From a virus, in IMG/VR virus record IMGVR_UViG_3300036939_000034, positions 6,324 to 70,323 of that record: 64,000 nucleotides of DNA; one strand, given 5' to 3'. The first letter of the stretch is position 1; each line of letters begins with the position of its first letter. Of this stretch, positions 45,340 through 54,279 are shown in pieces. Below the pieces are notes generated by a model. It ran no database searches. It saw only the letters and a list, made by a program, of their open reading frames with translations, and was not told the origin of the DNA. A program made the translations under genes and the position numbers.

Positions 45340-48113
45340 TGGCGGTTGTTGACCTTGTTGTAAAACTGCGCGATCAAGCGACTGCTGGCATCAGAGGCAT
45401 CGGCGGCGCTTTGTCTGGCTTGGGGAACTCTGCTGCTGGGGCAGCAACCCAAACCCAAGGACTAGCCGGAGCGCTAACCCAGGGAATCCTGCAAGCTAAC
45501 GCGATTCAGTTTGCGATCGGCAAGGCAACTCAGGCGATTGGCTTCATGAATTCAAAGTTTGATGAGGCTAAAAACTTGCAGCTTGCCAACGTTACGGCTG
45601 CAACTACCTTCAGTAGCCTGACGGGGCAAAGCTACGAAGAGGCGGCTAAGTTCATTGAAAATCTCAACAACCGCCTAGCCAAAAGCGCCGCGACACTACC
45701 CGGTGCCACGCAGGATTACAAGAACTTAGCGATCGCCATCCAAGATAATGTCCTAGAAGCCTTTAAAGACCCCGCAGGCAAGCTCAATCAAAAGGGCTTT
45801 GAAGATACCATTGCATCTATCTCCGAGTCGTTTGGTGCCCTGTCCGCAGCGTCAAACGTTGACACTGGAAACACTACCCTAGGCTTGTCTAAAGCTCTGG
45901 GAGGTGCATCTACAGGGGAACTGCGGCAGATTCAATTCTTCGAGCAAAATGCGGTCATCCTGAACGAAATAGATAAGCGCCTGCAAGCGTTGGGTAAATC
46001 CGCCCTGAAGGACTTGGATATAAAAGACCGGGTGAAGTTAATTGAAGAAGTTGGCAAAAAATTCATCACCGAGGACTTCAAGAAAAACGCGGGACAAACA
46101 GCTGACGCCCTACTGCAAAGCTTCCAGTCCACACTATTCGACCCCAGCACAGGTGTATTCGGAGTGATGCGCGACCTCGACGTGAATACAGAGGGAGTGC
46201 AGAGTGCGTTCAGCTCATTCAATGAAGTCTTAAACCAAGTTATCGGGCCTCAGGGAGCCTTCACTTTATTAGGTGAGGTTCTTCAAGCGGCTGGGATAAA
46301 TTTGCCTGACCCGATGGCGGTGCTTAAGAGTGGGTTAGACATCGTTATCGGAGGATTAAAGCAAATCAATGCCGGACTTGCGGGGGCAAGAGATTTATTC
46401 AAGGGTGGGGCTGGCATTGGAGATTTTGACTTGAGGTTCTTAGCTGACGCCACAGCAAAATTCATTTTTTCAATTGGTACTGGGTTTGAAGGGATGCTGC
46501 GAAACGCAGGGAGCCAATCAGCTACTCTATTCAATTCAGGAGTAAGTATACTGTCTGAATCTTTGGCAGATCCTCTAGTTTTCTATAGGTTAGGCGATAC
46601 GCTAGGTAACGTGCTGGGGAGAGCCTTTGGGGCGTTGTACAACTTCTTGGCACGGGTGGATTACGGTCAATTGCTCATGGGAATTGGTCGAGCCGCGATC
46701 GCACTATTCGTCGGTCTGGCGGGTTTTGCCAATGGGGCAAATGAGGGTGTCTCCGTAGCTATGCAAGACGCTCTTGGGATGATGCTTTCGTCCTTGGGTG
46801 ATAGCCTTAAATATTTAATCCTAAGTTTTACTGACCCCATTGGTGAGCAGTTTAATGCAATGGGAACCTCTCTAGGCAACTCGGCAAATTCGCTGATTAA
46901 TGGGCTGAAAACAACAATAGGGGAAACAGTTAACCAGGCGGGAGCTGCCGCAAGTTCTTTTGGAAAGAGTGTATTAGAAGGAGCTGTTGAACTTGCCTCA
47001 GGTATTGGCAGCGCATTAAGTCAAGGATTCCAAAGTTACCTAGGATATCTTCAGCAACAGATTCCCGTCAGAATAGCGATGGGAACTCTAGCTGTATTAG
47101 GAACGTTAGCCCAAGTCACTGGACGAATCATAGATGCACTCGCGACCAATATAGGGCAAGTTGTAGAAGGATGGAAGAACGAAGCAACGGCTGCCACTAC
47201 GCAGGCTTTTGATCGACTAACTAGCGATCTTTCCAATCTTTACGCGACCTATATAACCCCAGTCTCCAACAGCGCCAACCAGGCAATGAACTCTGCGGGG
47301 GCAAGCATTCAGTCCGCGATTGTGGCGTACAACGGATTTATTGATAGTATGTCTGGGTCTGTTTATCTGGCTCTTGAAGCAGGTGCTGGGTTAGTCTCAG
47401 GGTTTGGGGCATCAATCAACGGATACCTCAACCAGGGATTATCACTCCTTAGAGGGGCGTGGGAGACTTACTCTAGCGGGGTTTCTGTACTAGGTATCGA
47501 AATCTCTGCTCAAATCCAACCCCCCATTGATTCGGCAATTAAGCTAGTCACTGATATCGCTAACGCCATTTCTGGGCTTGTCAATGCCGGAGCAAGAATG
47601 GTTCAAAGTGCCCAGAATGCGGTTAATTCTTTCAACCCAGTTCCCGCTATCCAGTCGAACATTGAATCAGCTGGACAAACAGCAGTAGGGGCAATCAACA
47701 ACTTCTTTAGTGGGGCAAAGTTCTCCGGTCATGTTGCGGGGAATGCGGCAGGGGGCTTTTTGAGCGATTTGGCAGGAGCTGCCAGATCGGAAATGGCTGC
47801 CATGCCGTCAGGAGCAAAACTTCTCGTTGCAAACACAACAGAGCACATAATTCCCCAAGGAATGCTCGGCCCTCTAGTTAGTGCTACCGCTCCATCAGTT
47901 GCACCTCTCCCTAGGGTTAGCGATACCTTACCTAGAGTCGGGGATACGGCTTCCCCTAGGGCTAGCGCTCCCCCTCCTCCTCCTAGGGGTGGCGGAAGCA
48001 TCTTTCACTTGCACTTCCCTAACGCAGGCGGCGACCCACAAGCGATCGCAGATGCGGTGATGGGAGCAATTCAGCAAAGCTTTGAGACAGAATTGAGCAA
48101 CCAACTCTCTTAA
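45339..48113 (+). CDS. Tail tape measure protein
   Basis: Long Ala/Gly-rich helical ORF; TAATG coupling at 45339. Confidence 0.85.
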   Translation: MAVVDLVVKLRDQATAGIRGIGGALSGLGNSAAGAATQTQGLAGALTQGILQANAIQFAIGKATQAIGFMNSKFDEAKNLQLANVTAATTFSSLTGQSYEEAAKFIENLNNRLAKSAATLPGATQDYKNLAIAIQDNVLEAFKDPAGKLNQKGFEDTIASISESFGALSAASNVDTGNTTLGLSKALGGASTGELRQIQFFEQNAVILNEIDKRLQALGKSALKDLDIKDRVKLIEEVGKKFITEDFKKNAGQTADALLQSFQSTLFDPSTGVFGVMRDLDVNTEGVQSAFSSFNEVLNQVIGPQGAFTLLGEVLQAAGINLPDPMAVLKSGLDIVIGGLKQINAGLAGARDLFKGGAGIGDFDLRFLADATAKFIFSIGTGFEGMLRNAGSQSATLFNSGVSILSESLADPLVFYRLGDTLGNVLGRAFGALYNFLARVDYGQLLMGIGRAAIALFVGLAGFANGANEGVSVAMQDALGMMLSSLGDSLKYLILSFTDPIGEQFNAMGTSLGNSANSLINGLKTTIGETVNQAGAAASSFGKSVLEGAVELASGIGSALSQGFQSYLGYLQQQIPVRIAMGTLAVLGTLAQVTGRIIDALATNIGQVVEGWKNEATAATTQAFDRLTSDLSNLYATYITPVSNSANQAMNSAGASIQSAIVAYNGFIDSMSGSVYLALEAGAGLVSGFGASINGYLNQGLSLLRGAWETYSSGVSVLGIEISAQIQPPIDSAIKLVTDIANAISGLVNAGARMVQSAQNAVNSFNPVPAIQSNIESAGQTAVGAINNFFSGAKFSGHVAGNAAGGFLSDLAGAARSEMAAMPSGAKLLVANTTEHIIPQGMLGPLVSATAPSVAPLPRVSDTLPRVGDTASPRASAPPPPPRGGGSIFHLHFPNAGGDPQAIADAVMGAIQQSFETELSNQLS

Positions 48114-49048
48114 TGGACACCAATAGAACTCCCGCAAAGCCCAACCTCTCAACAGCCCCCCACCCCTACAACAACAGAGCGTGGGCAAAGCTAACTGATA
48201 TCGCCTCTCCCGAAGGGAAGCCAGTGGAGGCGATTTTGCTGGAGTATGAGCCGGAAGGGAAAGAAGAAAAGCTAGCGTGGGGCTTTCTGATCAATCCTCA
48301 ATCCCTCGATTTTGAAAACTCTGCCACCTACGGGGAAGTTGCTCCTCACGCCACAACAGTTACGAGTAGTCAGTACTCACACACCACCGGGCAGACCCTC
48401 ACCACACCGGGGATGCAGTTCGCCCTGTGGTGTCACAAGAAGTCTTGCAAGGTTCTCTTGGATGGACTAAGAAAACTCTTGGAGGCTGACCCGCTCAATA
48501 ACAAGTTTTCTCCCCCTTTACTACGGTTCTCCTGGGGTTCGTTCAATTTGGGACCACTATCGTTGGTGAAATACAGCTACAAAATTACTGCGATCGCAGG
48601 TGGTGAACCAACCGACGTTAGGGACTTGACGCTGACATTCAAGGAGCAGCCGCGCCCCCTAACCAAGGCAGAGCAGGAAAAGAGGGCAAGCGATCGCCTT
48701 AAGCAACAACAAGAAGCAGCAAAGCTCAGGGGGGAGCCAGCTCTAGAGTTGACCGACAGGCAAAAAACTGACGCCCTGACCCTTGCCGAGAAGTACTTGA
48801 AAGACAATGTGGCTCAGTGGTCAGCTGATGTGCAGGCGATCGTTAAAGGGGCTGACTTAAAGAAAAGCCTCGTGATTGACACCAAAACCGGAAACGTAAC
48901 CCTGAACGGAAAGGAGAATAAGGCGATCGGCGTTATCCTGCAATACGTTGGCAATGACGCGATAGCGGGGGCAAAGTGTACTATTCCGGTAAAACAGGGG
49001 GGTAAGGCTCCCGATATTCCTGCCTCGAAAAAAGATCAGATGATGTAG
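48113..49048 (+). CDS. Tube-initiator / baseplate-associated protein
   Basis: FLINPQSL, PPLLRFSWG, LTFKE; follows the tape measure gene. Confidence 0.65.
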   Translation: MDTNRTPAKPNLSTAPHPYNNRAWAKLTDIASPEGKPVEAILLEYEPEGKEEKLAWGFLINPQSLDFENSATYGEVAPHATTVTSSQYSHTTGQTLTTPGMQFALWCHKKSCKVLLDGLRKLLEADPLNNKFSPPLLRFSWGSFNLGPLSLVKYSYKITAIAGGEPTDVRDLTLTFKEQPRPLTKAEQEKRASDRLKQQQEAAKLRGEPALELTDRQKTDALTLAEKYLKDNVAQWSADVQAIVKGADLKKSLVIDTKTGNVTLNGKENKAIGVILQYVGNDAIAGAKCTIPVKQGGKAPDIPASKKDQMM

Positions 49049-49094
49049 TTACTTTGTCCCTTCATGTGCGCGAATTGCGCAGATTGTTTATGCC

Positions 49095-49562
49095 ATGCCT
49101 GACAACATCACCATAAAACCCGGAGACGCCCTCAACACGATCGCGGCCCGCGTATTTCCTGGCGAGGACGTGTCACGCTTCACTGAAATACTTGACCAAA
49201 TCAACGACCCCGAAAAGGCAGTGCAAACTTTGTTGGGCGAACTGATAGAAGGGCAATCTTTAACGCTCCCTTCTGTTGAACAGATTGAGAGTTTTGCCGA
49301 ACCCGTATTGCAGGAAGTTGCCAATTCCTTGGGTGGGGCTAAAGGATTCCTGGGGCAACTGGAGGGAACCATCACCGACATCAGCCAGAAACTGCCGCCA
49401 GAGCTTCAAGGCTACTCCAAGGAAGCCCTAAGATTGATTGGTGAGGCTAATGGGGTACTCGGAAAAGTTGAAGGCGTCCTGGGTCAAGCTAAGGAGAAAC
49501 TCAGGGATTACAAGGGACAGGCGACCAATTTGATCGGGTGGCTTCTGTCTGGGAAGTCTTAA
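49095..49562 (+). CDS. LysM/tail-X-like protein
   Basis: IKPGDALNTIAARVF...GQSLTLP. Confidence 0.65.
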   Translation: MPDNITIKPGDALNTIAARVFPGEDVSRFTEILDQINDPEKAVQTLLGELIEGQSLTLPSVEQIESFAEPVLQEVANSLGGAKGFLGQLEGTITDISQKLPPELQGYSKEALRLIGEANGVLGKVEGVLGQAKEKLRDYKGQATNLIGWLLSGKS

Positions 49563-49598
49563 CTAATTGTTTTTGGCAAAGAACGCGATCGCATAAGT

Positions 49599-52496
49599 AT
49601 GCAGTTAACCGCAAAACTCGCCCGTGTCCGCATCGCTGATGATGTGTTTGTCAGTGGTGACGGGATACTCCTCCCGAACATCACCGTTTCCCTAGGGGAA
49701 GATCTGCGCTCTTCGACCTGTAGCTTTAGCCTCAATGACCCAGGCTTACTGATTGGGGCAAAGTACCGGGAAATCAGTGTGAAGGAAGGGGGAATTCAAG
49801 TCCCTTCAGAACTGTTAGACGCCCCAAAGCAAGTAGCGGCGACCACTGGGACGGCGACAACGGGCGCAATTCCTTCCGCTCCACCTCCAGGCGGACTAAC
49901 GAACTACGCGGCCGGCTCTCAAGGGGAAATCGTACTGGGAATAGTCAAAGAATGCTTAAAAAACGGCATCAATGACCCCACCAAAATTGCTTTCATGATT
50001 GCCGTAGCCGAGGGGGAAAGTTCGCTCAACCATAACGCCAAGGGAGCGAGGAACGAAGGGGCGGGTAACTACTACGGTCGCTCCCTCGTGCAAATCACCT
50101 TCGACTACAACTACAAAGAAGCTAGTAAGGTTGTTGGCGTAGATTTGATAGCTAACCCGGACAGGGTCCATGAGCCTGCCATCTCTACAGCCCTCTTAAT
50201 CTGGGGTGTGAAGCGTGGGTGGTGTAGTCGTGGTGGGATCGATAAGTATGTGACCGGTCCTAACTCTGACCTCGCCACTGCCTACCGTGCAATTCAAGGG
50301 GGCGTGTGGGGCGAACGATACCAAACCTTTTTTAACAAGTGGTTCAAGCAAGTTCCGGCACTTATCCAGCAAGCAGGGGGGGCTGCTACCCCACCACCAC
50401 CTCCCCCTCCACCGCCAGCCGATCCAATGAGTACTGCAACACCTGCTGCTGCTACCCCACCAACTACCGAAACTCCTCCCCCTGTTGAGGCTTCCAAAAA
50501 AGGCACTGAAATCATCATTGAGATAGCCGTGGGGTATAGTGCGACGTGGAAAGAAGCGATCGCTTTCCATTTCATCCACACCGAAACCAAGACGAGCTGG
50601 GATGCTGACGGTAAACAGACCACAACGTTCGGGGGGAAATCTATTCGCTGGTTGCTTACGAGGGTGCCAGTAACCCAAAGCTTTGAAAATATCAATTTCA
50701 AGCAGTTTACCGAGATGCAGGTTTCGGGCTTCAATCTGAAACTGGACATGGAGGGTAGCGGTCTTACATTCCAGCACTTAAGTCAGGACGGTCAAACTCC
50801 CTTAGATGTACTCTTCCGAGAATCCAAGCGTCTAGGATTTCGGATAGCAGAAGGGATAGGAAAAAAATCAAACACCTTGATCGTGGAGCCGTTTGCGCGG
50901 CCCAACTTTACCAACCTAATCATTGACGAAGAAATTCTAATTAAGCCCGCAATCTTCACCGACAAAGCAAGAGCCTCGTCATCAAGTGCCCCAGCCGCAA
51001 CCGTCTCCGCTCCCGAAACAGGAACAGGGGAAGCCAAGAGTGCGATCGCTCGTGACACTGGCGATATGTCCTCAACCAAGCCAGAATCCAAAGCAGGAAC
51101 AGGACAAAAGCCCGGTAGTGGTGGAGTAACAGGTGCGACTGCTACCCCTGTCGGAGGGACAGTAAAACCGGACGCGGTGAAGATGGCTGTGCCAACTGCA
51201 ACCACCACAACCACTACTCCACCAACTGCAACCACTGCGATTGCTTCTGGTGCTGCCCCTAGTGCGATCGCAACCACTTCAAAAGCTGGAGCCAGTCAGG
51301 AAAAGAATGCGACAACCAAAGTTGAAGGCCCGGTTAAAATCACCAAGCCGGACGGGACGGTAGTTGAAACCACCATCACAACTGAACAGAAACTTGAACC
51401 CACTCAGGTGACGCGGAAAAAGACCACAAAAACGGATGTAACTAAGACTGAGGCTGCGACTCAAACCACAACCAAGGTGGAAGCAGTAACAATAACAGAG
51501 GGGAAAACCAAGACCGTCACCACCATCACAGAACCCGGCAAACAGCCCGCCACCACTACCAAGGAAGAGAAGAAGGTCAGCGCCCAAGACCAGAAACTTT
51601 TAGAGCAAGCCAAAGCATCTGTAGGCTCGTCAACCGTTGCAGCGACGGGAGCGGGTGCCCCTGCCAACGCTGACCCTGTAACCGGGCTGCCTAACCAGAA
51701 AGCTGGGTTTATCGATCTTAAAGACGGCAGAGCTGAAGCTGAAGTTATTGCTGACGAAAGCCGAAGGGTGAAGGGATACGAAGACAGCTACACCCTGGTG
51801 ATGAATTCAGACACATTGCAGTTAGTGCCCGGTCAGATTGTGGCACTATCCAAGCGACTGTTTCCCGACCCCTTCGCGACAGAGAAGCGAATCGCGACTG
51901 TTGACCACAATTTTCAGGCAGGGACAACAACGATTAACACCTACACGCCACAAGCGCAGCTACCAGCAGGTAGTACCAATGCCGTGGCTGCCGCCTCCCC
52001 GTCGTCCCCAACCCAGCTAGCAACGCCGACATCTGCCCCAGGGAAATTTATTTTCCCTGTTCCCAAGGGAGCAACAACAATAGGTGACGGCTACGGCACA
52101 AGAGCGAATCGCGAACCGGGATACAGGCACAATATCTTAGATATAACCGCACCAAGATCCACGCCAGCGGTGGCCATGGCTGACGGGATTGTAACTGATA
52201 TCGCCCCGAACGCTGGGGGAGCAGGCAATTTGATGACGATCACCCACGGGGGTGGGTATGTCGCTACTTATATGCATGGAGTATCAGGGAAGTTTGCGCT
52301 CGTTCCTGTTGGTGCTCAGGTCAAGCAAGGTCAAGACGTTTTCTTGATTAACTCCACAGGTGGAAGCACTGGCGACCACCTGCACCTCAAGTTCACCTTG
52401 AACGGGTCATACTGTCTTTTGTCCAGGGTAGGAATAGACGTACTTAAACTTGGCTTACCACTAGAGCAGTACAACAAGACGTGCGATAAATACTAG
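49599..52496 (+). CDS. Baseplate hub protein with GH19-like lysozyme and M23 peptidase domains
   Basis: YYGRSLVQITFDYNY (GH19-like); HNILDI, YMH, STGGSTGDHLH (M23); Thr/Pro-rich linkers. Confidence 0.8.
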   Translation: MQLTAKLARVRIADDVFVSGDGILLPNITVSLGEDLRSSTCSFSLNDPGLLIGAKYREISVKEGGIQVPSELLDAPKQVAATTGTATTGAIPSAPPPGGLTNYAAGSQGEIVLGIVKECLKNGINDPTKIAFMIAVAEGESSLNHNAKGARNEGAGNYYGRSLVQITFDYNYKEASKVVGVDLIANPDRVHEPAISTALLIWGVKRGWCSRGGIDKYVTGPNSDLATAYRAIQGGVWGERYQTFFNKWFKQVPALIQQAGGAATPPPPPPPPPADPMSTATPAAATPPTTETPPPVEASKKGTEIIIEIAVGYSATWKEAIAFHFIHTETKTSWDADGKQTTTFGGKSIRWLLTRVPVTQSFENINFKQFTEMQVSGFNLKLDMEGSGLTFQHLSQDGQTPLDVLFRESKRLGFRIAEGIGKKSNTLIVEPFARPNFTNLIIDEEILIKPAIFTDKARASSSSAPAATVSAPETGTGEAKSAIARDTGDMSSTKPESKAGTGQKPGSGGVTGATATPVGGTVKPDAVKMAVPTATTTTTTPPTATTAIASGAAPSAIATTSKAGASQEKNATTKVEGPVKITKPDGTVVETTITTEQKLEPTQVTRKKTTKTDVTKTEAATQTTTKVEAVTITEGKTKTVTTITEPGKQPATTTKEEKKVSAQDQKLLEQAKASVGSSTVAATGAGAPANADPVTGLPNQKAGFIDLKDGRAEAEVIADESRRVKGYEDSYTLVMNSDTLQLVPGQIVALSKRLFPDPFATEKRIATVDHNFQAGTTTINTYTPQAQLPAGSTNAVAAASPSSPTQLATPTSAPGKFIFPVPKGATTIGDGYGTRANREPGYRHNILDITAPRSTPAVAMADGIVTDIAPNAGGAGNLMTITHGGGYVATYMHGVSGKFALVPVGAQVKQGQDVFLINSTGGSTGDHLHLKFTLNGSYCLLSRVGIDVLKLGLPLEQYNKTCDKY

Positions 52497-52504
52497 AAAG
52501 AGTG

Positions 52505-52602
52505 CAAAATACCCCTCATCCGAAGACAAGGGGTATAGATGCGATGATTTGCGAAAAGATGCGTAGTGACGTGATGAGAAGAACTGAGGAGAGACGAGGT
52601 GC
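52505..52602 (-). ncRNA. Putative small RNA unit 3: degenerate 5-nt repeats + hairpin
   Basis: 13 pentamers at 52536-52600 (plus strand GNG-NN, only 4 perfect GAG); hairpin 52509-52536; TAAGAT-N6-GCACCTC upstream. Confidence 0.6.
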
Positions 52603-52611
52603 TTCTTTATC

Positions 52612-52724
52612 TTAAACAAGCCGCTCTTGCTTTTTCTTCAAGAACGGCTTGTTCGTTGTGTTGAGGGGAGGTGAGTTGAGATGAGAAGAGTTGAGCGGAG
52701 TCGAGTCGAGTAGAGCGGAGGTGT
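52612..52724 (-). ncRNA. Putative small RNA unit 2: (CTC-NN)n + hairpin
   Basis: 12 perfect GAG units plus one GTG at 52656-52722; hairpin 52615-52653; TAGAAT-N6-ACACCTC upstream. Confidence 0.7.
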
Positions 52725-52739
52725 ATTCACATTCTACTC

Positions 52740-52850
52740 AAAAGCGATCGCACCCATTGAAGAACGCGATCGCCCGTTGAGATGAGAAGAGGAGAGTAGA
52801 GCGGAGCTGAGACGAGTTGAGAAGAGCGGAGCTGAGAAGAGCAGAGATGT
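52740..52850 (-). ncRNA. Putative small RNA unit 1: (CTC-NN)n + hairpin
   Basis: 14 perfect GAG units at 52777-52848; hairpin 52744-52773 plus U-tract; TAGGAT-N6-ACATCTC upstream. Confidence 0.7.
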
Positions 52851-52859
52851 ACACCCATC

Positions 52860-53366
52860 CTACCGAAAACTCTTCCAATCCTCCAAAAGCTTCTGCTTAT
52901 CCAGCATCTGTTCAGGCGACTTAATTACTTTTTGCCTCAGCATCAGGCTTGATTCTGGACTGAAAACAGTCTCTCGCAAATCAATGTAAGCCATCGATAA
53001 TCCATACTCTACCCGCTGCGAATGAGTTAACTTCTTTGGATTAACGCACTCTACCTTACGCCTATAACTTGCCGTGTCACTCCTCATTCTTTTGCTGTGT
53101 ATACTGTTTGCGTGTTTACTAATCTCAGCATTCAAAAGCCGTCTATATCCTTTGTTGTGTTCGCATACCAAAGATACAGAGTATTCAGCCTCGGCTATTT
53201 TTATAGCTGCTTCTAGAAAATAGCGCTGACGCCCCCTAATATCACACGCTGCAACCTCTACCAGTTCTTCATAAGTGATAAACTCCCCTTCCTTCAAGTC
53301 TCGTAACCGTTGCACTAACTGCTGTGTGATTGGCGATCGCTTATCAGTTTTCATTCTTCGTTCCAC
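52860..53366 (-). CDS. Partner protein of the Cas7-like gene, possible winged helix (probable start ATG 53354)
   Basis: ATGA overlap with the upstream gene; GEFITYEEL...NKGYRRL. Confidence 0.65.
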   Translation of the reverse strand: MERRMKTDKRSPITQQLVQRLRDLKEGEFITYEELVEVAACDIRGRQRYFLEAAIKIAEAEYSVSLVCEHNKGYRRLLNAEISKHANSIHSKRMRSDTASYRRKVECVNPKKLTHSQRVEYGLSMAYIDLRETVFSPESSLMLRQKVIKSPEQMLDKQKLLEDWKSFR

Positions 53367-53953
53367 TCCATTTTTACTACCTTAAAACGTCCAAAATAAC
53401 CGTTGTTTCGAGGTCTGAAACGCCCAATTCCAATCAATCGCCCTGCCTGCTCTAAATGCCTGTTCAATACCTCTTCAGTAATGGTGTCGTCATAAACAAT
53501 AAACTCTGCTACCCCTTGCCATTTGTACAGCACTGGGTAACACTTCATTACCCGCTTACCACTCCCCCTCACTCCATCAGCCGGATAGAATCCCCATTCG
53601 CCAATCCAATCATCTTTTAAGATTGGTGTCCCCTCCAAGGACTGGAGAGGCATCGGCTCTATGCAGAGGATGCCAGCTTCAAAGTGCTTCGTCCAAGTCG
53701 CTTTACCCTTCCCCGGTATTTGTTCCCCCAGGAATTTAGCCGCTTCAGACAGGGCGTTCTTCAGTGCCATATTCGGCACAAAACTTTTCCCGTCCAAGTC
53801 AACGTGTATCCGTTCTTTCCAGGTTCTCTCCTCGTAGGCGTCCGGGAGTTCCTTATTGAGCTTCGGTGTGTTGTGAAACTTTGATTGAGAATAAGGCGTT
53901 AGCCCCTCAAGATGAGCGATCGCAATCTTGGGCATAAAATCTGAGCTTTTCAA
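53351..53953 (-). CDS. Stand-alone Cas7/RAMP-like protein (probable start ATG 53935)
   Basis: LEGLTP first strand, FVPNMALKNALSEAA (like IPGSSLKGALR), Gly-rich loop GIGRFRPRNNGYFGRF. Confidence 0.75.
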   Translation of the reverse strand: MKSSDFMPKIAIAHLEGLTPYSQSKFHNTPKLNKELPDAYEERTWKERIHVDLDGKSFVPNMALKNALSEAAKFLGEQIPGKGKATWTKHFEAGILCIEPMPLQSLEGTPILKDDWIGEWGFYPADGVRGSGKRVMKCYPVLYKWQGVAEFIVYDDTITEEVLNRHLEQAGRLIGIGRFRPRNNGYFGRFKVVKMEWNEE

Positions 53954-54052
53954 TCAACATATACACCATACATAATACAGTGGGGCAGTAAGTAAGGCAG
54001 TAATGCAGTAGTTAATAGGATTGCGCTCCCTTCGGGGAATGCGATCGCTCCT

Positions 54053-54250
54053 TCACTTCAGCTTAATCCAGTACTCAACTTTTCTCCCCGACTCCACAGC
54101 CGCAACCCGACTCAGTACAGCGATCAACTCTTCAATTCTGGTTGACTGATTTTGAGGAGTCGTAACAATCACTTCTGCCCCTGGGACAGACAGGAAAGCA
54201 TCAACATGGACGGTTTCGCCAATACGGTAGAGTCCTGGTTTTTCGGTCAT
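54053..54250 (-). CDS. Small hypothetical protein
   Basis: Short ORF followed by a hairpin. Confidence 0.4.
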   Translation of the reverse strand: MTEKPGLYRIGETVHVDAFLSVPGAEVIVTTPQNQSTRIEELIAVLSRVAAVESGRKVEYWIKLK

Positions 54251-54279
54251 GATCAGGTAAGTTTTTATTTATTCTACTT

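Noticed and set aside
28816-51930. Numerous antisense or alternative-frame ORFs in the ORF track over structural genes
   Set aside because: They are shadows of well-supported plus-strand genes and lack RBS or motifs. Only 18625 and the 44354 extension have independent support.
52536-52848. Classical CRISPR array or simple microsatellite
   Set aside because: There are no 25-45 bp repeats with spacers. The NN positions vary freely while the trimer is fixed, which slippage would not produce, and each block has a matching leader and hairpin.
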